Assembly: GCF_006345805.1 (NCBI RefSeq)
Contig: NC_043003.1
Location: forward strand, 66,526,001-66,590,000
DNA length: 64,000 nt
Direction of reading: 5' to 3'
From: Octopus sinensis
Taxonomy: Eukaryota
Shown: one piece after another, positions 25,173 through 37,570 of the stretch
Layout: the number at the start of each line of letters is the position of its first letter
Position numbering within the stretch: the stretch's first letter is position 1
Program-made: the position numbers and the translations under genes
The notes under the pieces: model-generated
Databases searched by the model: none
The model's input: only the letters and a program-made list of their open reading frames with translations
What the model was told of the DNA's origin: nothing

Positions 25173-25526
25173 TATACATACATATCCCCCCACACACACA
25201 CGCATATACATACATAAGCACACACACATATGCCTACCTCTCTCTCTCCCTCACTCTCTATCCATGTGTATTTGTGTATATGTTGTACGTGTATGATTTC
25301 ATATACATTTATTTACATGCTTCTGTTTGTCTGTGTTTTGTATGCGTGTATATTTTGTTTCACTTTTTTTAAAAAAAATACAAGTTAACGTATTTTGAGA
25401 AAAAATATTAGAATATAATTAAAAGTGCATTCATGCATTTTAAGCGCAAACGTTATTAAACACGTATTAATGAAAATTAACTGCTTCGGTATATGCACAA
25501 ATGGCTTATTAATTTACATTTTACAC

Positions 25527-26145
25527 TCAGGGCCACTCAAAATCTCGATTCACCATTTTATAAAACTTTGAATTAAATGGCCGATAGAAGTCTCGTAGTC
25601 TTTGTATTACACTAGGGTCTATTGTTGGGTGTTGTCTCCCTTTTGTTTTCCCTAAACAATGTGGGTGGCCACTGCCTTCAGGCTTTTTCAGACAAGGGAA
25701 TCCTTTAGTTTCATTAAAGAAGAAATGTTTTTCATTTATTATACGCTTCAAACCCAGAAAATCTTGTAATAAAGCCATCTCACCAGCTGGGTCACTGATC
25801 AGCTTCTCTCCACTGACAAAATGCATTTGTTGAAGTGGAAAATATTTAAGCCAGAGCTCAAGGTGTTTCGCATATACACCAATTCGAATGGCACCCCATG
25901 ATGTGTCGACTATCCTCGAGCTGTTATTAACGAAAACCATTTGTTCGAATTGCCGAACTGATCGTCTCTTTGTCATGGTTTGTGTATAATCCGAGATGGC
26001 TCGTGTGACAGGGTCACGCACTACAACGATTAGTTTCACCTGCTTAGACATATTATAGATTCTTTGTGGTACATCACGCGTTATGAAATAACTCGGCGTT
26101 TTCTCCATCGAAATTTGTCCTTCAATTGTCAACGGCATCTTACTC
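25527..26145 (-). CDS. HS3ST: Terminal coding exon of heparan sulfate glucosamine 3-O-sulfotransferase (gD-type, HS3ST2/3/4/6 / Drosophila Hs3st-B-like)
   Basis: ORF 25527..26225 contains MEKTPSYF, the 3'-PAPS-binding motif [18 protein letters not shown], [11 protein letters not shown] and C-terminal RDFEWP*. The minus strand has a polypyrimidine tract and acceptor (tttctttgcag|GAGTAAGATG), placing the exon start at 26145 in phase 2 at the R of the (WY)R-xx-MP junction. The ORF's N-terminal residues upstream of that point are intronic. KGFPC and GKTKGR favour the gD-type subgroup over HS3ST1/5. Confidence 0.93.
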
Positions 26146-26869
26146 CTGCAAAGAAACGAAAGGCCAAAATAAGTAACTGAATAAATAATCAAGTAAAAAG
26201 GAATGTAATTCATAAAAACATTCATAAAAAATAATGGGAATAAATAAAGTTATTGTCATTAATGACCTGCAGGAGGGAATCGGTGTTACTAATGAGATTT
26301 TGACAAAACTAAATGATCCACTGAATGACCAAAATTTAAGCAAATGATCAATTAAATAGTTAACCAATTAATGATTAATGAATAATTAAAGAAATGAAAT
26401 AGAGCCAATGCTTGTGTTTATTATTTGCGTAATAATCCATCGTCTGTGTGTATTTATAGATATATATGTACGTTCACTCACACACACACACACGGTGTGG
26501 TGTCACCCAGTTTCCGTCCTCCGAATTCACTCACACGGCATTGGTCACTTGTGAAAAACACTGCTCAACGTCTCTCCTACTAGACCCTCGGGCCAAAGAT
26601 GCTTTGTGAGTGAATGTGGTAAGCAGAAACTGCTTTGAAACCTGCCCTAATATTGACAAATAATAGTACATTCTACTGAGTTACCTCTATTCCGAAGGAT
26701 GGTCATGGATGCAAGGCAATGCCAAATAAATTTGTTGATTTAAGGTTTTGTTTCAAAAATGTCATAATTCTTCAAATTGATTTTAAGAAACCAAAAGTGA
26801 GCAGTCAAGAAAATTCAATGCCGGAAGGTATTTCTACAATCAATCACGTAAGGCGAACCATATTACTGA

Positions 26870-27040
26870 TTCCAAATTTTGGGACCCTAGAGCTCTGTTC
26901 AATTGGTACTTTATTTTTCGACCCCAAATGTTGAAAAGCAAAGTCGACCCCTGTGGCATTTGAACTCAGAATTTAAAGTTGGATGAAATGCCGCTGAGCA
27001 TTTTTCTCGTCGCGGTAACAATTCTGCAACCTCTCCACCT
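26870..27040 (-). mobile_element. Family B SINE
   Basis: ggtacttt...tcgacccc...aaagcaaagtcgacc...atttgaactcaga. Confidence 0.7.
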
Positions 27041-27729
27041 TTGTATATTATTATTAATATAAATCTATATTTTGTACAAAATATGTAAGTAAACTCAAAT
27101 CATATCTGTTTTTCAAAAACATCCCAAAATTATGAAAGAATAGCGGAACCAATATATTTTGGCTGTCACGGGATTAAACTTAAAATTTGTAGAAATGTTT
27201 TTAGTGATATGTCTTTAGGAAAAAAGTGTCATGAGAGAGATAAAGAGACAAAAAGGAATCATTATGTCGTAGTTTATTAAAATATTAGCTCGTAGGAGAT
27301 CAGAATTAGTTTTCTATAGCTGAATTCTTCAACGTTGAAAGAACTTCAAAATCACATTTTAATAAAAAATAAATAAGCAAGTACATATATATTAAAATTA
27401 GAATTATTAAGAACTTTCTAGACAGTGTAGATTTTAATGATTGCTTTCTTTTCGTAAAAGTTACATACACCAAACTAATTACGAGGCAGCTTTATTACAG
27501 TTTAGATCTAATTCAAGGACTATGTTAGGGGCATTCAAAATAAGGGTAAAAGGGAGAAAGGAGCAGAGCTAGTTAGCTACTTTCTTAACTATTTACTAGT
27601 TTCGTCTTGATGGTGTTGGTAATGGTTATGAAAAAGAGGAGGTGCATACTGAAATGAATGATAATGAGGATAATGATGTTGAGGATAATTATAATAATGA
27701 TAATGATGACAATAATACCAAATGTGTCC

Positions 27730-27764
27730 ATAATAATAATAATATAATAATAATAATAATAATA

Positions 27765-27798
<34 letters not shown>

Positions 27799-28366
27799 GG
27801 ATGAGGATGATGATGATGATGATAATCGTCATTATTATTATTATTTTAATTATGACAAGGTAAGGGAATAAGAAGACAACAATGATAATTATGAATTTCA
27901 ACACACTTCGGGGTAAATGAAGAAGAAGAAGAAGAAGAAGAAGTAGTAGTAGTAGAAGAAGAAGAAGAAGAAGAAGAAGAAGAAGAAGAAGAAGAAGAAG
28001 AGAAGAAGAAGAAGAAGAAGAAGAAGAAGACGAAAATAAGAAGAAGAGCCCGACCACCACCAATAACAGGAAAGTTATAACAGAAGCAGCCATAATGTGT
28101 ATATCAACCTGAGAATTTATGATATGAACAACAATGACAATAGTAATGGCTGTTGTTGTTGTTGTTGTTGTGGTGGTGGTGGTGGTGGTGGTGATTGCTG
28201 TGGTGATCGTGTTAAAATGGGGAACTGCCGGAGATAAAAAGGTTTACGAATGGATATAGAAAAAAAAGTAGGACAACCGGTGCAAACCGGTGCAGCGAAA
28301 GCAAGCAACAGCAACAAAAATAAACTAAATATAATCTCAACAACCACAATAATAATTATGATGGTG

Positions 28367-28439
<73 letters not shown>

Positions 28440-28450
28440 TGATGATGTTG
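27730..28450. repeat. Compound (AAT)/(GAT)/(GAA)/(GTT)/(GGT) microsatellites
   Basis: Direct reading of sequence. Confidence 0.9.
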
Positions 28451-30212
28451 ATGGTCGAGAAGGAATACAAGGGAGAAAGGGGAGATAATAAAAGAGAAAG
28501 ATGTAAATAATGAAAGAAAAGAAAAAAAGTTGTATAAAGGAGAGAAAGAAAAGAAAAAAATGAAGGAAGAAATGGCGGTAAGGAATGTGCGTGGAACGTT
28601 TTGGGAATAAAATGAAGAGGCCAGAGAGAAAATGTGGAAAAATGGCGGACGGGAAAATCAGAGAAAGTGTGTGTGTGTATAGGTGTGTATCTGGCTATTT
28701 GGTGCTGTGGCATGGAGTGGTATGGCGAGTTTTTGCCCACGAACGAAGGAAGTAACTAACAACACCATCAGCAACAACAACAACAGCATTAATAATAACT
28801 TCCAATCCCACTACAAGCACCAGCACCACCACCACCACCACCACCGCCGCCGCCACTACCACCGCTTCTACAGCCACAAATGTATGAAAGTACTAAAATA
28901 GACAACAACATAAAAGCAACGAAACGAAACAACAAAAATGATTTCACTGCAGGATATGGAATAATAGCGTACGGCTCTCTTCGCCAGTAATAATGTTGCT
29001 AGTACAGCAATTAAGAACGCCACCAGCGATAGCTGGAGCTTTTAACGAATGTTTTCAAACACTCATCCAAAATGACGTTTACCGCAGCCATAACACCGAC
29101 CGACATTGCTAGACAACCATCTTCTGCCAAGCCTTTTGTCGTGTCTTCCTCCTCGTTGCTTTAAAATCCCACGCCTTTCATTCTTTCATTCTTTTTCTTA
29201 TAAAATTTCATTGTTGTCCTCTGCTCATTTTTTTCTTCTTTCTTTTCTTTTCCAGTTTATATTTCTTTCATTTTTATACTTTTGTTGTGCGTTTTTGTTA
29301 TTTTCTTTCATTTATTTATTTATATATTTATTTATTTGCTTTCAACATTTTATTACGTTTTATTGTTATTAATGTTATTTTCATTGCGTTCTTATATTTC
29401 ATGTGTGTGCATGTGTGCGTGTGTGTGTGTGTGTGTGAGTGTGTGTGTGTGTAGAATGCACGTTATACATATAAATATATGCATTTATATAATTATATAT
29501 ATTCACTTATAGCATGCACATATACATACATACACACACAAATACACACTCACGCACATATACATACATATATACATATACACAAAGATATATAGACATA
29601 TGTGTGTGTGTATTTGCGTGTGTGTGTATTATATATATGTATACAATTATATTCTCTCTTTCACTCCCTCACATACAACACACACACACACACGTAAATA
29701 CGCGTGCACACGCACACACATACAAACAAATAAACATTTGTGTATATTGGAGTATATTTGGAGTAAATTTTCATAATTTTTTCGTATACCTAATCCATCA
29801 TTTGCAAATAATTTCGACAGTGGCTCTTAGAAGATATTTTTCATAATATTTTCCGTTCTTATTTAAGAACAGATGGACAGATAGATGAAAGGAAGAATCG
29901 GTAGCAGCATCTGACATTTTATTATAACATCAATATAATTCAATATTTAACTCTACTTTGAGATTCGAGCACTACTGTTTACTCCCCCTTATTTTGACCA
30001 TTTGCACTCGTATGAAAGGATATCTTTTTATCTGTTACTTGTTTTAGCTGGGAACATAAATATGACGGAATATCGGTTTCCATCACTCCTGAATTCGTTT
30101 ATGACTTCCGTGTGTTTTAACACCCAGCATTATAAGGGAGTCGTCCCCTAAACGCTATGCACAGCGAACCGGCAAACAAACAAAACACTTTATTGAGTAT
30201 GTGCGTTCCATA

Positions 30213-30261
<49 letters not shown>

Positions 30262-30640
30262 TGTGTAAAGGTGAGATCCAAGGATCAAGGTGTAGGAAGA
30301 TTCGAACAATCTGTAGAAGGTATTAAAAAAGACCTTTCCCGAACAATACTGGTTCATTGACTCGAATCTCTTGCGAGTCAACATGGGGTCTCTTGATGAC
30401 AATGTAAACTTCTTTTGATTAAGGTACTTTTGGCCCGACGAACAGCTAGCGGATTACCCCTCGTTTGGATAATTACTACTTCCGAGGCTCTCCAAGCTAT
30501 GAAACATCTGCAGCCTGGATGTTTTCTACACCATTCCCTTATTTTCGATATATATATATATATATATATATATAGCAATACAAATGTATTACTTCCCAGT
30601 AAAATAAAGACCTATAAAGGTAGAAGTATACGTATAAATA

Positions 30641-31106
30641 CAGATGAGTGGTAGATCAAGGCACCAATATTTACTGGAAAATAGCAATCGATACAAATAC
30701 GACGCTCTAGTAAAGCTTCACTGCGTATATACTGGCAAAGGCGTGTGTGTGCAACAAACATGAAAAATTAGTCTTACCTCTAGGAAAGAACATTCGATAA
30801 ATGGACAACCCAGAATCGGATAATGCAGGACTCTAGGTTTCTGACTCTAGGTAAATGCAGCTGATGAAGAATGATCAAATTTACGTTGTCAAACGTATTT
30901 GAAGAATCAGAAACCGGCCCTGCATTATCTGATTCTGGGTTATCCATTTATCGAATGTTCTTCCTAAAGGTAAGACAAAATTTTCATGTTTGTTGCACAC
31001 ACACGCCTTTGCAAGTATATACGCAGTGAAGCTTTACAATGGCGTCGTATTTGAATCGATTGATATTTTCCAGTAAATATTGGTGCCTTTTTGTACCACT
31101 CATCTG
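30641..31106. mobile_element. Foldback MITE with ~190-bp terminal inverted repeats, TA target-site duplication (Tc1/mariner-type)
   Basis: TA|CAGATGAGTGGTA...TACCACTCATCTG|TA; arms 30641-30829 and 30919-31106 are reverse complements with scattered mismatches. Confidence 0.85.
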
Positions 31107-31207
31107 TATTAAGATATATATATATTTTTATTTTATTTTATTTTTCATTTTATCTAGTTTCAGCTCACGAGATGTGGCCATGCTGGGACACCGCCATTTA
31201 AACTAGC

Positions 31208-31272
31208 CTCCCCGGCGGGGAATCGAACCCCGGTCTCCCGCGTGACAGGCGGGGATACTTACCACTATACTA
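31208..31272 (-). pseudogene. 5'-truncated tRNA-Asp(GTC) (positions 8-73), fused to a SINE 3' tail
   Basis: Minus strand reads TAGTATAGTGGTAAGTATCCCCGCCTGTCACGCGGGAGACCGGGGTTCGATTCCCCGCCGGGGAG. D, anticodon (GTC) and T arms are intact. The 7-nt 5' acceptor strand is replaced by AT-rich sequence and there is no T4 terminator. Confidence 0.85.
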
Positions 31273-31954
31273 TATATTTAATATATGATTTATTAAAATC
31301 ATCTTTGCCTCTAGAGAATGTGTCAAAATTACCAAATGACAATTAGGACCAGTTCCATCTCTATTGGAGAAGGTAATATAATCCCAAACTTCAAGGATTC
31401 TCCAAAGGTGGCATGCCATTAAGCTAATGTACAGGATATATGCATAAATATATATGTAAATACTTACATACACACACACACATACACACACACAATTATA
31501 TATATATATATATATGCATGTATGTAAATATACACATACAAATTTACATACATACATACATGTGTATGTATGTAAGTGTGTGTATGTATGTGTGTACATG
31601 TATATATTTCGTGTTATGCTAAGAAGTGGTGTACAAAGGAAAACGATACATGGGAGGTGGGTAAGAAAATGAGAGACACAGAGATTAGGTCTGATTCTGA
31701 AAAGATAGTAAGGAAACAAGAATAGAGCTCTGGCTTTTCCCTTATTCAATTGTTCAGTAAATTCTAGAAGGAATAGTAATTCTGTGAATATCATTGACCG
31801 TCCATAATACAAGTAGAATGGAAAGTTTTCTATCGTCACTAAAAGCTACAGCATTAAACACACTGGCAATTGTTGAAACCCGACTTAACCCTATTCAAAC
31901 TGTGACTACGTGCAGTTGTTCATATATATATATGTTATAGTATAGTATTGTATA

Positions 31955-32140
31955 GGATAGGATAATCAGTAAATTGCCATAATAGAACTCAGAGCTTCAA
32001 ATACCGGAGCTAAGAGCTTCGAGGCATTTTCATCGGCTATTTTCACTTTAAAATAGCCAGTAAAAATACCTCGAAGCTCTTAGCTCCGGCATTTGAAACT
32101 CTGCGTTCTGTTATGACAACTTACTCTTTGTCCTATATTA
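31955..32140. mobile_element. Short foldback element / long hairpin between TA-rich flanks
   Basis: Arm gtaaattgccataatagaactcagagcttcaaataccggagctaagagcttcgaggcatttt (from 31969) pairs with the arm ending at 32124; inner stem ggctattt/aaatagcc. Confidence 0.75.
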
Positions 32141-32892
32141 TATATATACATTCCTCTATTTTCATAACATCAAGGTCTCATTTTTTGTTGTCATATTATT
32201 ATTATTATTATTATTATTAATAAGTTGTTTTTTTTTTATTTTAGAAGTATACTACAAGTAGCAGTCAAATCGACCAAAACTACATTTAAGAGCAATTTCG
32301 AAGGGAATGTAAAATAAAAAAAACTTTTACCTTGTTTTTTTACAGCCATACCTATATTTTGAACTCTAAGTAGCAAATAAAATAATTTGCTAGGCGAAGT
32401 TCTCATCAGTGGCAACGCCAAAAGATTAACATATAATTTAGAGACAGAATAACACGTTCTCATCATTACATATTATATATTTTCAAATTCACCTCGCAAG
32501 CGCGGTTACAATTGGCATGTTCAATGATTTAATATTAAGATACGTGTCTCAGTTACTCCACTAACACGAGTGCTCATAACGTAGCAACACTCATGCATAT
32601 TCCGCGTGATTATTCTGTAAGAAAGCCGAATCAATTTCATTTCAGGTTCTGTTCAACAAACTACAGTGAATGACACTTACTCTATGCGCTGGACTGTGAA
32701 AAAGGAACCGGATGCTTTTACGAAGAGAACTTTTGAGTCAGTCAGAAATAGTTGTCCCTACTTACACGCACATGTTTGTATCCGCAAATGCATAAATGAA
32801 CGGATGCGTATACATACAGGCGCACATGTGTCCAATTGCTTGATGTTACAAAAGCCTTACATAGTACTCATGAAGCAGTTGTTTATATATAT

Positions 32893-32947
<55 letters not shown>

Positions 32948-33024
32948 GTATAGGACAATCAGTTGTCGAAACTAATATGTATGTATGTACGAACACTCAC
33001 ACATACACACACACATATGTTACC

Positions 33025-33440
33025 ATTTACTTGCTTCAGTCATTGGATTGGGGTCATGGTGGGGCACCACCTTCAAGAATTTAGTTGAACAAAACTGATC
33101 CTGGTGCCAATTTTTCTAGTTCTGATATTTATTCCATCGCCCTCTTACTTTACGTTACGAGGAGATAAACAAACCAACACCAGATGTTAAGTGGTGGTGG
33201 AGGATAAACACAAACACAAAGTCTTACACACATACATGCACAAGCACATACACATACACATTCACCTACACACAAATATATGATGGGCTTCCACACAGTT
33301 TCCTCTACCTAATTCATTCACAAAGGCATTTGTGAGCCTAGAGCTATGCCAGAAGACACTTGCTGAAAGTGCGGTACTGTGGGATTGAACCCAAAATCCC
33401 GCGGATGCAAAGACAGCTTCTTAAACACCCAGCCATGCCT
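33025..33440 (-). mobile_element. Family A SINE
   Basis: ttacttgcttcagtca...ccacacagtttcc...agaagacacttgc...cagccatgcct. Confidence 0.7.
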
Positions 33441-33990
33441 ACACTAGAATATATATATATATTTGAAGAAAGGAAGAGATACGGAGACAGACAGACCGTC
33501 AGACAGACAAAGACAGAAAATGACGTTCCTTAAAACTGCTCATTACAGTAACGACACCACCAATAAATATAATATACAAACCCAATAACACCACCCGTTT
33601 TTCCCATCCAAAGTGTCACACAGTCACACAACCACTGCACTAACTACATTAACGATTAATGACAGTTTTAATAGGTCTCCAGGCACAACTGCTGCTGGGT
33701 TTATCTGAATCAAAGAAGCGGGGGAAAGAAACTGGCTATAACGATCAAGTTATAATAAACAGTGACAGAAATTAACACTTAACTGCAAATATTCGTAAAA
33801 TTACGTTGATAAAGAAATCTCTTCCACAACGATGAGTCAGAGCGGTGCAAAAATGGCCGATTATTGCTTGTGTTGTTTTGTTCATTGTTCTTAGAATTGT
33901 TACTGTTTGCGTTTTATAAAGTTAGCTGAATCTGTTGTAGTGGATGCAGCAGCAGTAGTAATAGCAGCAGCAGTAGTAATAGCAGCAGCT

Positions 33991-34067
<77 letters not shown>

Positions 34068-34097
34068 GTAGTAGTAGTAGTGGTGGTGGTGGTGGTG

Positions 34098-34137
<40 letters not shown>

Positions 34138-34214
34138 TTATTGTTGTTGTTGTAGATTAATGGTTGTGGTGATGTTGATTATTATGTTAACATTATTGTG
34201 CTTGATAGAAGGAC

Positions 34215-34640
34215 GACCAGAATTGTTTTGCTTGGCAGAATCGTTTACACGTCGGACAAAATGCTCAGCGACATTTCTTCCAGCTCTTTATGTTCTGAGT
34301 TCAAATTCCGCCAAGGTCAACTTTATCTGTCAAACAATAAAGTAAAACAAAGTACCATTTGAGTACTGAGCTCATTGTCATAGCCTGCCCCTCCCCTCAG
34401 AATTTCTGGCCTTGTAATTAGGAAGAATTATTGTTTTTTTTTTAAGTTGGCGTAGGGGAAGAATCATTAACACGTCTGGCAAAACCCTAAACGAGATTTC
34501 TCTCTGGTTCTTCACATTCTTACATCAAATTCTGTAGAGGTCTTTACCTTCCTTCCTTTTGGGGTCGATAAAATAAGTATCAGTTGTGCATTGAGATCGA
34601 TGTAATCGACTAACATCCTTCTCTCTAAAATTCCTGGCTT
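34215..34640 (+). mobile_element. Two degenerate family B SINEs
   Basis: ttggcagaatcgtt...gttctgagttcaaattccgccaaggtcaacttt; second copy with ttccttcctttt ggggtcgataaaataagt. Confidence 0.65.
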
Positions 34641-35376
34641 TGAATTTTTGTGTTTCATGGATCTGTGTCACGTTGTTGTTTTCGTTTAAGCCCATTTCAA
34701 CTCTGTTAGATCGCAACTACGATAAACAAACGTAATCATCCCTTCCTTTTAAAAGTAATTCTAAATCATCAGTTCCTTACACGGAAGGAAACCTCTAGGA
34801 TTCCAGCAGTAAACTTAGGGATTCGAAAAAGAGAAATGTCTTTAAGTGTGGAAAAGTTCTACTTGCTATCTGTTGTGTCTGGGGAGAACCATTATACCAA
34901 TAATAAATTCTAACCATTTAAATAGTTAACCAATTAACAAATTAATAAATAAAGAAGTGAAAAAGAACCAATGTATGTCTTTTATATTGGCATAACGACC
35001 CTCCCATGATATAACATTTACTACGACGATAATATTCATATCCCCATAACCTCAGGAACGTGAGATGCAAACGTACACATAATTATTTTGTTGGGGATGA
35101 GACAGTGTAAACGTTTTGAACATCCTCCTGAAAAACTGGGTTTGCACCCCACTAAACAAATTTCATTTCAGCACTTATCTACATCACTCGAAATGAAATG
35201 GAAGGTCTCTAGGTGGCATATCTTCCTCAATTACCAACCTAGTTTCTTAAAAATCAAAAATGAACTAGAAATTGGACTATGCTGTCTACGACAAATTGTC
35301 TGAGACCTATACGAAAAACGTTGACTCAATTGCGAATTAAAAGCATAAAGAGACAACTCGAACAGAGGTGGCTTAA

Positions 35377-35444
<68 letters not shown>

Positions 35445-35538
35445 TATTAATAAGAAAATGACAACAAAAGAACGAGACATCGATATTATGAAAATAGAGG
35501 AATTTATATATATCTGTATATATTTATATGCATATATG

Positions 35539-35661
<123 letters not shown>

Positions 35662-36187
35662 GGCAAGCAAAGTACGAAGACGGGTCTCTATGTATTCGAT
35701 TCATATAAGACATTTAATGCATATTATTCTAAACATACCGACACGTTTCCCTGCAATTCCGAACCCTCTTACCAACCTACAAACTCCAATAATTCTATTG
35801 TAGTTTATTGCAAAGCATATATTTTAAAATCAACTCAACCAAATTCCAGCGCCGTTGCTTCGTTATTTATTTCGAATTGTTTTCTGTCCTCATAATTAAT
35901 TCTTGTTTACATTAATGCCATTAACACTCATGTTGTGGTTGTTATAATCATCATCGTCGTCGTCATCATCACAGCATCATCACCACCACAGCCACCACCA
36001 CCACCACCACCACCACCACCACCACCACAGCCACCACCACCACCACCACCACCACCACAACAACAACAACAACAACAGCAGCAACAACATCACCATCATC
36101 ATCATCATCATTATTAATTTATTTTTGTTATTGTTATATCTATTATTATCATTACTATTATTATTATTGTTATTATTGTTGTTGTAT

Positions 36188-36390
36188 TAAGGCAGCGAAG
36201 TGGCAGAATCGTTAGCGCGCTGGAAGAAATGCTTAGCGGTAGTTCAGAGTTCAAATTCTGCCAAGGTTGACTTTGCTTTTCATCCTTTCGGGGTCAGGAA
36301 ATTAAGTACCAGGGAAACGCTGGGTGCGATGTAATCAACTAGTCTCCTCTCCACAAATTTCACGCCTTGTGCCTTTAGTAGAAAGGATTA
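36188..36390 (+). mobile_element. Family B SINE
   Basis: aaggcagcgaagtggcagaatcgttagc...gttgactttgcttttcatcctttcggggtc. Confidence 0.75.
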
Positions 36391-36483
36391 TTATTATCGT
36401 TGTTGGTGGTGGTGCTGTTGTTGTTGTTGTTGTTGTTGTTGACGTCGTTCATGTTGTTTCATTGTGGAAAATTGCTGTTTATT

Positions 36484-36776
36484 ATTTGTTCCTTCTCGAG
36501 TCACGCCTGGTTCATAAGGGCCGGTTTCCCTCGCGTATAGGTTCCTCACCTGGACGTGACGCCGATCCGTCGCAGGTGAGCTGCAAGATGCAGGAAGAAA
36601 GAGTGAGAGAAAGTTGTGGCGAAAGAGTCAGCAGAAGTTCGCCATTACCTTCTACCGTGGCCGCGTGGACCTTAGGTGTTTCGCTCATAAACACACATAT
36701 CACTCGGTCTGAGATTCGAACCCGCTATCCATCGACCGCAAGTCCGCTGCACTAACCACTAACCATATGCCTCCAC
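36484..36776 (-). mobile_element. tRNA-derived SINE, family D, with a V-domain-like central segment
   Basis: Minus-strand head GTGGAGGCATATGGTTAGTGGTTAG...GGGTTCGAATCTC; centre CCTGCGACGGATCGGCGTCACGTCCAGG...GAAACCGG resembles the V-SINE core CCTGCGATGGACTGGCGTCCCGTCCAGG. Confidence 0.6.
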
Positions 36777-37108
36777 TTGTGGAAAATTAAATACAAGAAA
36801 TCATTATTTATTGCTGTTAACAATTAGAGAGGTATGTGAAAGTCAAAGGTCAGGAAACACTGACAAATAAATTTCTAGATTAATTTATTAGTCTCCCAGT
36901 TTTAGTTACATAATGACCATAATAACTGCCACACTTGTATTGCTTTTTATTATTCTGTTCCAGCAAGAGGAAATTGTTGTTTACCATTTTGAAACAAAAT
37001 GGAAAACAGAGACGGACAGGAAAATAAAAAAGGAGACAAAACAACCTTATTTATATACAACATGCAGCAAACATACAACGATTGCACCAGACGTAACGCA
37101 GACAATGA

Positions 37109-37570
37109 GTGTGTTTGTGTGTGTGTGTGTGTATGTGTGAGCATGTATGCTGTGTAAACCTAAGTATCAAATTTACATCTTTCTTTCTCTACAGATTGAA
37201 AAGAAATTTATGCAAAGCATTAATCGATTTCGTCCCTTATTGGGGTCTCATCAGTTGTGTGTGTGTGTGTGTGTGTGTGTGAGTGTGTGTATGAACATGT
37301 GTGCTGTGTAAACCTAGGTATCAAATTTACCTCTTTCTTTCTTTACGGATTGAAAAGAAATGATGCAAAGCATTAATCGATTTCGTCCCTTATTGGGGTC
37401 TCATCAGTTGTGTGTGTGTGTGTGTGTGTGTGTGTGAGTGTGTGTATGAACATGTGTGCTGTGTAAACCTAGGTATCAAATTTACCTCTTTCTTTCTTTA
37501 CGGATTGAAAAGAAATGATGAAAAGCATTAATCGATTTCGTCCCTTATTGGGGTCTCATCAGTTGTTTGC
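37109..37570 (-). repeat. Three ~154-bp tandem units, each with a (CA)n tract and a hammerhead-like core
   Basis: Motif at 37223-37254, 37376-37407 and 37531-37562; minus strand reads CTGATGA GACCCCAATAAGGGAC GAAA TCGAT T. Confidence 0.85.

Noticed and set aside
26146-26225. In-frame ATG extension of the HS3ST ORF
   Set aside because: Lies upstream of a clear splice acceptor, and the protein would lack the 5'-PAPS motif; intronic.
31208-31272. Functional tRNA-Asp gene
   Set aside because: The 5' acceptor strand is missing and there is no Pol III terminator; recorded as a pseudogene.
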